A DNA stretch of 39,705 nt from a virus: the IMG/VR virus record IMGVR_UViG_3300025174_000056, one strand, 5' to 3'. A program made the translations under genes and the position numbers. Positions 34,987-39,705 of the stretch are shown piece by piece (position 1 is the first letter of the stretch; the number at the start of each line of letters is the position of its first letter). The notes below the pieces were generated by a model. It saw nothing but the letters and a program-made list of their open reading frames with translations, searched no databases and was not told the DNA's origin.

Positions 34987-35316
34987 ATGCTAGATATTAA
35001 ATTAACTAAACGTGAAGTTGCTGCATTACTTAGATGGCATAGAATTAAAAAATATAAACATGCACGGTATGATGTATTATTAGCTTATTCTTTAGCACAA
35101 AAAGGATTAATAGACCCTATTGGTTGGTATGCTGATGGTGATATTACTTTAGGACAATCAAAACCAGATTGGATACAAATAACTCCTAATGGATGTTTTG
35201 ATACAAAACTTATGCGTTTTGCTCCTGAAATACATATCTTAGCTAATCTAACTGCTAAAGGTAAAGCTGTATTAGATAAATATTCAGATCAACTAGCTAC
35301 ATTACTTATGAGGTAA
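34987..35316 (+). CDS. Hypothetical basic protein, possible winged helix
   Basis: RBS AAGGAAAGG; LAQKGLI ... LTAKGKAVL motif. Confidence 0.55.
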   Translation: MLDIKLTKREVAALLRWHRIKKYKHARYDVLLAYSLAQKGLIDPIGWYADGDITLGQSKPDWIQITPNGCFDTKLMRFAPEIHILANLTAKGKAVLDKYSDQLATLLMR

Positions 35317-35325
35317 AGAAATAAT

Positions 35326-36585
35326 ATGATACCTGCATATATAAATGCTGGAGCCGGAGCTAGTGCAACAACATCTCCAGTCGCTGTTCCTTATCCAACT
35401 GGAATTACTGCAGGTAATTTATTAATATTACAGGTATCCGTTAGAAATTTAACTTCTGTTCCTACAGATCCGTCTGGATGGACTTTATTATATGGTCCTG
35501 ATACATCAGGAACTTCTGTACGCCAATGGATTTATGGTAAAATAGCAGATGGAACTGAAAGTGGAGATTTAAGTTTAGCTCATGATGCTTCTATCGTTGT
35601 TGCTGCACGTATATATTTATTTAGATCAGTATTAGGTACTTCATATACTGAAGGTGGATCTACTACAAATATCAGTGGAAGTATTGTATATGATGCTGGA
35701 GTAACAACTTCTGGGGCTAATAGATTAGCAGTTAATTTTGTTGCTATTAGTGATAATAATACAGGTATAACTGCTTTCGTAGGTGAAACCGGCGGAGATT
35801 GGACAGAAGCAGTTGCAGAATACTCTTTTGCTACTGGATTAGATGGTACTTTACAGTTACAAACTGCAGCCATGGTATCTAGTGGAACTATCGATGGTGG
35901 TAGTTATACTATGCAGGCTGCAGATGCTGGAATTATTCGTGGATTTGCTTTAATTGGTTCTCCTGATGTATTAGGATCTTATATATCTTCGAACGAAGGT
36001 CATTATACAGGAAGTCTAAAACTTAATATTCTAGGGTCTTATATATCTTCAAGCGAAATAAATTATCCAGGAAGTTTTCCTAGCGGTGTGCAAGTTATAG
36101 ATGGTGCATATTTATCATCGGCTGAGACTCATTATGCCGGAAGCTTAAATCTAAATATAGATGGTGCATATTTATCATCGGCTGAGACTCATTATGCCGG
36201 AATTATATCTTCTGGAATTCAAATATTTGGAAATTATCTATCTTCAAATGAAGTTCACTATGCTGGAAGTCTTAAGCTTAATATAGATGGTGCATATCTA
36301 TTTTCAAGCGAAATAAATTATGCCGGAAACTTAATTTCTGAAACTCAGATTCTTGGAAGCTATTTATCTTCAAGTGAAATTCATTATCCTGGACAAGTAG
36401 GATATTTACAGCAAATATTTGGAAATTATCTATCTTCGAGCGAAGCTCATTATACTGGAATTATATCTAAAATTCCTTTTGAGACTATTATACTTGGAGC
36501 TATGGATTCAAAAAATACAGGAGTTGTAAGTATTAATTCTAAAAGTATAAATTTAATTTTAGATTCTAAGGATGAAGCTATATGA
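35326..36585 (+). CDS. Putative virion surface protein with eight C-terminal 20-23-aa repeats
   Basis: N-terminal beta-rich domain (VPYPTGITAGNLLILQV..PSGWTLL); G(S/A/N)Y(I/L)SSxExHYxG repeats. Confidence 0.7.
   Translation: MIPAYINAGAGASATTSPVAVPYPTGITAGNLLILQVSVRNLTSVPTDPSGWTLLYGPDTSGTSVRQWIYGKIADGTESGDLSLAHDASIVVAARIYLFRSVLGTSYTEGGSTTNISGSIVYDAGVTTSGANRLAVNFVAISDNNTGITAFVGETGGDWTEAVAEYSFATGLDGTLQLQTAAMVSSGTIDGGSYTMQAADAGIIRGFALIGSPDVLGSYISSNEGHYTGSLKLNILGSYISSSEINYPGSFPSGVQVIDGAYLSSAETHYAGSLNLNIDGAYLSSAETHYAGIISSGIQIFGNYLSSNEVHYAGSLKLNIDGAYLFSSEINYAGNLISETQILGSYLSSSEIHYPGQVGYLQQIFGNYLSSSEAHYTGIISKIPFETIILGAMDSKNTGVVSINSKSINLILDSKDEAI
35974..36470 (+). repeat. Coding tandem repeat, 8 units of 60-69 bp
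   Basis: 46 bp are identical at 36097 and 36157 (ATAGATGGTGCATATTTATCATCGGCTGAGACTCATTATGCCGGAA). Confidence 0.85.
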
Positions 36586-36884
36586 TTGTTGGTGATATTG
36601 GAAAAGACATCTCAACTATTATTACAGAAAATGGAGTCGCTTTAGATATTTCTACAGCAACAACTAAAGAATTAATTTTCAAACATGCTGATGGAACACT
36701 TAAAACTTTTATCGCTGCATTTACAGGTACAGGAACCGATGGAGGTCTTAAATATACAACCATAGCAAATACTGATTTTGATAAACCTGGCCGCTGGGAA
36801 ATTCAATGGCATATAATTATCGGAACTAGAAATCTTAGAGGTGGTGAAGGTAAGGCTTTTGTTGTTGGAGAAAAACTTGAATAA
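36582..36884 (+). CDS. BppU-N-like Ig-fold tail protein
   Basis: IVGDIG...YTT..TDFDKPGRWEIQ pattern. Confidence 0.6.
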   Translation: MIVGDIGKDISTIITENGVALDISTATTKELIFKHADGTLKTFIAAFTGTGTDGGLKYTTIANTDFDKPGRWEIQWHIIIGTRNLRGGEGKAFVVGEKLE

Positions 36885-36933
36885 GGAATGCTAGAAATAA
36901 TAATAAATAAACTTAGAGCGGATAAACCCTGAC

Positions 36934-36963
36934 TTGACACGCTAGGGCTATCTCAGGCATACT
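36934..36963 (+). promoter_or_regulatory. Putative sigma70 promoter upstream of the lysis region
   Basis: TTGACA (36934-36939), 18-bp spacer, CATACT (36958-36963), AT-rich upstream tract. Confidence 0.6.
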
Positions 36964-37001
36964 TCCATCGGTCTTAATTCTTAAAGATAAAGGAGCTATT
37001 T

Positions 37002-37328
37002 ATGGAAAAGGTAATCATCTTTACTGTCGGCGAGCGTATTTTTCTTAGTCAAATATTAGATAATACTCCATCAAAAGGAATGGATGCAACACGATTGCAG
37101 CAAAAAGCATTTGAAGAAACAATCTTAAATTTTGATTGGCGTGCTAGAATCGAACGTTTCGATGCTAAATCCTTAGAAGAAACTTCTTTACAATATAGTA
37201 AGGAAAGTACTTCCAAAGCATTAGAAGTAGTTAAGCAAATAATTGAGACTAATGGAAATAATCTTCCTCATTGGCAAAGTGCTCTGTTAATGAATATCCA
37301 TGATAAATTATTTTCACATCTTGGATAA
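37002..37328 (+). CDS. Hypothetical protein (108 aa)
   Basis: RBS AAAGGAG. Confidence 0.72.
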   Translation: MEKVIIFTVGERIFLSQILDNTPSKGMDATRLQQKAFEETILNFDWRARIERFDAKSLEETSLQYSKESTSKALEVVKQIIETNGNNLPHWQSALLMNIHDKLFSHLG

Positions 37329-37340
37329 TTAGAATAATCT

Positions 37341-37820
37341 ATGAATGATCCACGATATATTATTCTACATTGTTCCGATTCTAACTTCGGTGATGTAGCA
37401 TTAATAGATGAATGGCATAAAGCCCGTGGTTGGAATAAAATAGGATACCATTATGTTATTTATAATGGTTTTTTATCCGCGTCTAAGAAACAACCTAAAT
37501 TTGATGGATTAATTCAAGCTGGCCGTGCTGAAGATGAAATAGGTGCACATTGTTTGAATTATAATTCTAAGTCTATTGGTATTTGTATGATAGGAAAGCA
37601 AATATTTACACTTAACCAATGGGCTTCTTTATATGCTTTAGTCCAGTCTTTAACTGAAAGATATAATATTTACACTGATGCTATTCTTGGACATGGTGAA
37701 GCTGACCCTAGCTCTAAAAAGACATGTCCGAATTTTAATGTTGAAAGTTTTAGAGCTAATCATAAAATTATAGCTTTTGATTATAGGCATGTACTTATGC
37801 GCCTTGGAAAAGATCTTTAA
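37341..37820 (+). CDS. Endolysin, N-acetylmuramoyl-L-alanine amidase (T7-lysozyme / Amidase_2 type)
   Basis: IILHCS, IGYHYVI, GAHCLNYNSKSIGICMIG and GH..KTCP zinc-amidase motifs. Confidence 0.93.
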   Translation: MNDPRYIILHCSDSNFGDVALIDEWHKARGWNKIGYHYVIYNGFLSASKKQPKFDGLIQAGRAEDEIGAHCLNYNSKSIGICMIGKQIFTLNQWASLYALVQSLTERYNIYTDAILGHGEADPSSKKTCPNFNVESFRANHKIIAFDYRHVLMRLGKDL

Positions 37821-37827
37821 GGAAACT

Positions 37828-38112
37828 ATGCAAGATTTAGAAACATCTTTGGCTTTGGTAGTTCAAAAATTAGAACACATAGAACGTGGATTAGACGAGA
37901 TGCGCGCGCATCTAGGAGATAAATTAGAAATACATGATGATAGATTAAGAAAGATGGAAGTAGCAATAGCATTAATGGATCATGCATCTCTATTAAAACT
38001 TAGAGAATGTGTTGATACTCTAAAAGCTAAACAAGCTTGGATGATGGGAATCGGTGCAGCTATTACATTTATTTTATCTACTGCAATTTCTATAGTAGGT
38101 ATTGTTTTATGA
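37828..38112 (+). CDS. Coiled-coil protein with a C-terminal TM helix (XhlA/holin-like)
   Basis: RBS AAGGAAACT-ATG at 37828; one C-terminal hydrophobic helix. Confidence 0.65.
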   Translation: MQDLETSLALVVQKLEHIERGLDEMRAHLGDKLEIHDDRLRKMEVAIALMDHASLLKLRECVDTLKAKQAWMMGIGAAITFILSTAISIVGIVL

Positions 38113-38405
38113 CGATATCCTATTTAGGATTAATTTTATCGTTAAATATAGGATTTATTTCTAATACAAATATAGAAACTATAGAAACAAGTTCTACATC
38201 AGAAATAAGTTCTGCAGAAACAGAAATACTATTAATTCGTTGTGTTGCAGTAGCTAAAGAATATAAAAATAAAGCCGAAGCTTGTTCTTTAATAAACTCT
38301 AAACCTACTCTAGTAGAATCTGAAGGTTCAAATTTTTGGATAACTATTCTATTAGTAGTATTAGCTAGTTCCGTAGGTTTAACCATTGGAACTATTGTAT
38401 TTTAA
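38109..38405 (+). CDS. Membrane protein with N- and C-terminal hydrophobic segments
   Basis: ATGA overlap at 38109; two hydrophobic ends and two central Cys. Confidence 0.6.
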   Translation: MTISYLGLILSLNIGFISNTNIETIETSSTSEISSAETEILLIRCVAVAKEYKNKAEACSLINSKPTLVESEGSNFWITILLVVLASSVGLTIGTIVF

Positions 38406-38418
38406 TAGGAGATTAATT

Positions 38419-38619
38419 ATGTTCAAAAATATGATGAGGAATTGGAAGACTACGGCCGGCGGGATTATGTCAATTATTTTAGTTCTTATTTATGGAATAT
38501 CTAATCTTTTAGATATTGATATTGGTGCTGTGCATGAGTCTAAGGGAAACTATCTTATGCTCGGCGCTATTTTAACTGGTGCTATTTCTCAAATTGCAGC
38601 CAAGGATTATGATAAGTGA
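38419..38619 (+). CDS. Putative two-TM holin
   Basis: RBS AGGAG; NWKTTAGG start, two TM helices and a charged tail. Confidence 0.65.
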   Translation: MFKNMMRNWKTTAGGIMSIILVLIYGISNLLDIDIGAVHESKGNYLMLGAILTGAISQIAAKDYDK

Positions 38620-38870
38620 TATGGTTAATTGTTATTATTTGTTTTGCTGAAGGAATAGTTATTTTCTTATTAGCTAAGGAGTGTGCAAGATACCATTTAA
38701 TTAATAAGAATCTAAATCTCAAATTAAAAATGCTAGAAGATAGAAATTTAATTTTTATAAAGGATGAAAAAGTTAATAGATTAAAATTAATTTCTACAGA
38801 AAAGGCGCGTGTCTTGGCCGATGCTAGGCAAGATGTAGAAGATTTAGAAAGAGATTTAGAAGATTCGTAA
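38616..38870 (+). CDS. N-terminal TM plus coiled-coil protein (i-spanin-like)
   Basis: GTGA overlap; hydrophobic N-terminus and charged helix. Confidence 0.5.
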   Translation: MIWLIVIICFAEGIVIFLLAKECARYHLINKNLNLKLKMLEDRNLIFIKDEKVNRLKLISTEKARVLADARQDVEDLERDLEDS

Positions 38871-38887
38871 GAATTTACGAATTTTTA

Positions 38888-38999
38888 GATATCAAATTTT
38901 GGATGTCAAATTTTGGATGTCGATTAGGCGATGTCGATTAGGCGATGTCGATTAGGCGATGTCGATATCGATATCGATATCGATGTCGATGTCGATGAT
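38888..38999. repeat. Non-coding tandem array: GAT(A/G)TC at 14-bp period (six copies), then at 6-bp period (six more)
   Basis: Cores at 38888, 38902, 38916, 38930, 38944 and 38958, then at 38964, 38970, 38976, 38982, 38988 and 38994. Confidence 0.9.
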
Positions 39000-39029
39000 T
39001 AAATATTAGTATTTAATGCTTTAATCGAA

Positions 39030-39705
39030 TTAAATTTCATCAAAAAATCTAATGCCAACTGGAAATCTTGGCACTTGATTGCAATTAGTTATTCCCTGGT
39101 ATTGGACAGTAAGCATCCGTCCAATAGCAAGAGATGGATTTTGCATATATTTTTCTAGTTCAATTAAGCTACCTTTAAGTTTGCAAGTAAAGATGTTTTT
39201 ATCTTCAGTTTCACAAATGAAGATAGCTCGCCCAGCCATTCGACCTTGCCCCTCTTGAACGCCGACGATTCGAAATTCACTATCAGTGAATTCTTTAATT
39301 TTCTGCAAATTATATGAACGTTTAGATTCATAAGGTGCTTTGGCGTTTCGTGCCATAGCACCTTCATAGTTTTGTATAACAAAACTATAATATGCTTCTA
39401 GAAGATCATCTTCTGTATTGCAGAAAATGGTTTCAACCAATCTAATATGTTGATTAGGTTGAAACAGACTAGAAAGAATCTTTATTCTTTCTGAGAACGG
39501 GGCCGGCGATACCATATCATAAATATGATATTGCGTCGCTTCACCATTCTTGATAAGAGAAGTTAGTTCCTCGAATAAAGAACTATAATCATGGTCGTAT
39601 AGTTCTCCGTCGAGAATTATGTTTCTCAGATTCAGTTTTTCTATCTGAGAAACTAGGAACGGAGATTCTATTCTCTTCTCTGTTCGAGAAGAAAGAGAAA
39701 CTTGA
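39030..39705 (-). CDS. ATP-dependent DNA ligase, 5'-truncated by the window end
   Basis: The frame stays open beyond the track start to the edge (QVSLSSRTEK..ILDGELY..YHIYD); also YEGAMAR, LQKIKEF and PRFPV. The KxDG motif lies outside the window. Confidence 0.9.
   Translation of the reverse strand, partial: QVSLSSRTEKRIESPFLVSQIEKLNLRNIILDGELYDHDYSSLFEELTSLIKNGEATQYHIYDMVSPAPFSERIKILSSLFQPNQHIRLVETIFCNTEDDLLEAYYSFVIQNYEGAMARNAKAPYESKRSYNLQKIKEFTDSEFRIVGVQEGQGRMAGRAIFICETEDKNIFTCKLKGSLIELEKYMQNPSLAIGRMLTVQYQGITNCNQVPRFPVGIRFFDEI

Larger units (their letters stand above)
1..39705. mobile_element. Tailed dsDNA bacteriophage genome, partial (siphovirus-type tail, Mu-type head, PolA replication module)
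   Basis: Colinear terminase, portal, protease, capsid, tail, tape measure, fibre and lysis genes plus a phage replication module. No host housekeeping genes; no integrase or transposase seen. Confidence 0.97.

Noticed and set aside
30030-36585. Diversity-generating retroelement acting on the fibre or repeat protein
   Set aside because: No reverse transcriptase in the window; both repeat copies are in-frame coding, and their differences are not confined to adenines.
38888-38999. Possible CRISPR or mini-array
   Set aside because: Units are 6-14 bp and contiguous with no unique spacers; no cas operon. The Cas4-like gene sits in a recombination module.
1315-39382. Remaining minus-strand and nested track ORFs (e.g. 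1761..2108, 8160..8492, 17382..17684, 18826..19191, 25879..26229, 29313..29711, 35580..35873, 39164..39382)
   Set aside because: They lie fully within well-supported genes on another frame or strand, lack RBSs and show antisense-shadow composition.
1-39705. Window as a complete circular genome with the ligase continuing from position 1
   Set aside because: Joining the ends gives no KxDG adenylation motif and meets an in-frame stop within about 35 codons, so the ligase 5' end lies outside the window.
1-39705. Stop-codon reassignment
   Set aside because: Long genes are intact and tightly packed under code 11; TAG ends terL and TGA ends the SNF2 gene at sensible boundaries.

Overview
The window is a large part of one AT-rich (roughly one-third GC, by eye) tailed-phage genome with a non-contractile tail. 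It starts with a GC-rich, structured non-coding control region (1-650). A single rightward gene array follows: (i) replication and recombination genes (UvrD-like SF1 helicase, AAA_25 helicase-like ATPase, HARP/SNF2 helicase, Cas4-like exonuclease, Sak4-like ATPase, SSB-like protein, dNMP kinase, PolA fused to a uracil-DNA-glycosylase-like domain) with tRNA-Ile(UAU), tRNA-Leu(UAA) and a pentapeptide-repeat gene; (ii) a large terminase with two zinc-finger-like insertions; (iii) a Mu-type head module (portal, S49 protease/scaffold, decoration protein, capsid); (iv) a siphovirus tail module with a -1 frameshifted chaperone, tape measure protein and a 1422-aa mosaic fibre; (v) an amidase lysis cassette. 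This array converges, across 14-bp and 6-bp tandem repeats, on a leftward ATP-dependent DNA ligase that is cut by the window end. No integrase, transposase, primase, reverse transcriptase or CRISPR array is visible. The most notable signals are: the two tRNAs reading AUA and UUA together with gene-class-specific avoidance of those codons; an un-annotated antisense micro-gene, promoter and operator-like cassette between terminase and portal; a UDG domain with substituted uracil-contact residues fused to PolA; and the zinc-finger terminase. All family assignments come from motifs recognised by eye, not from database searches.
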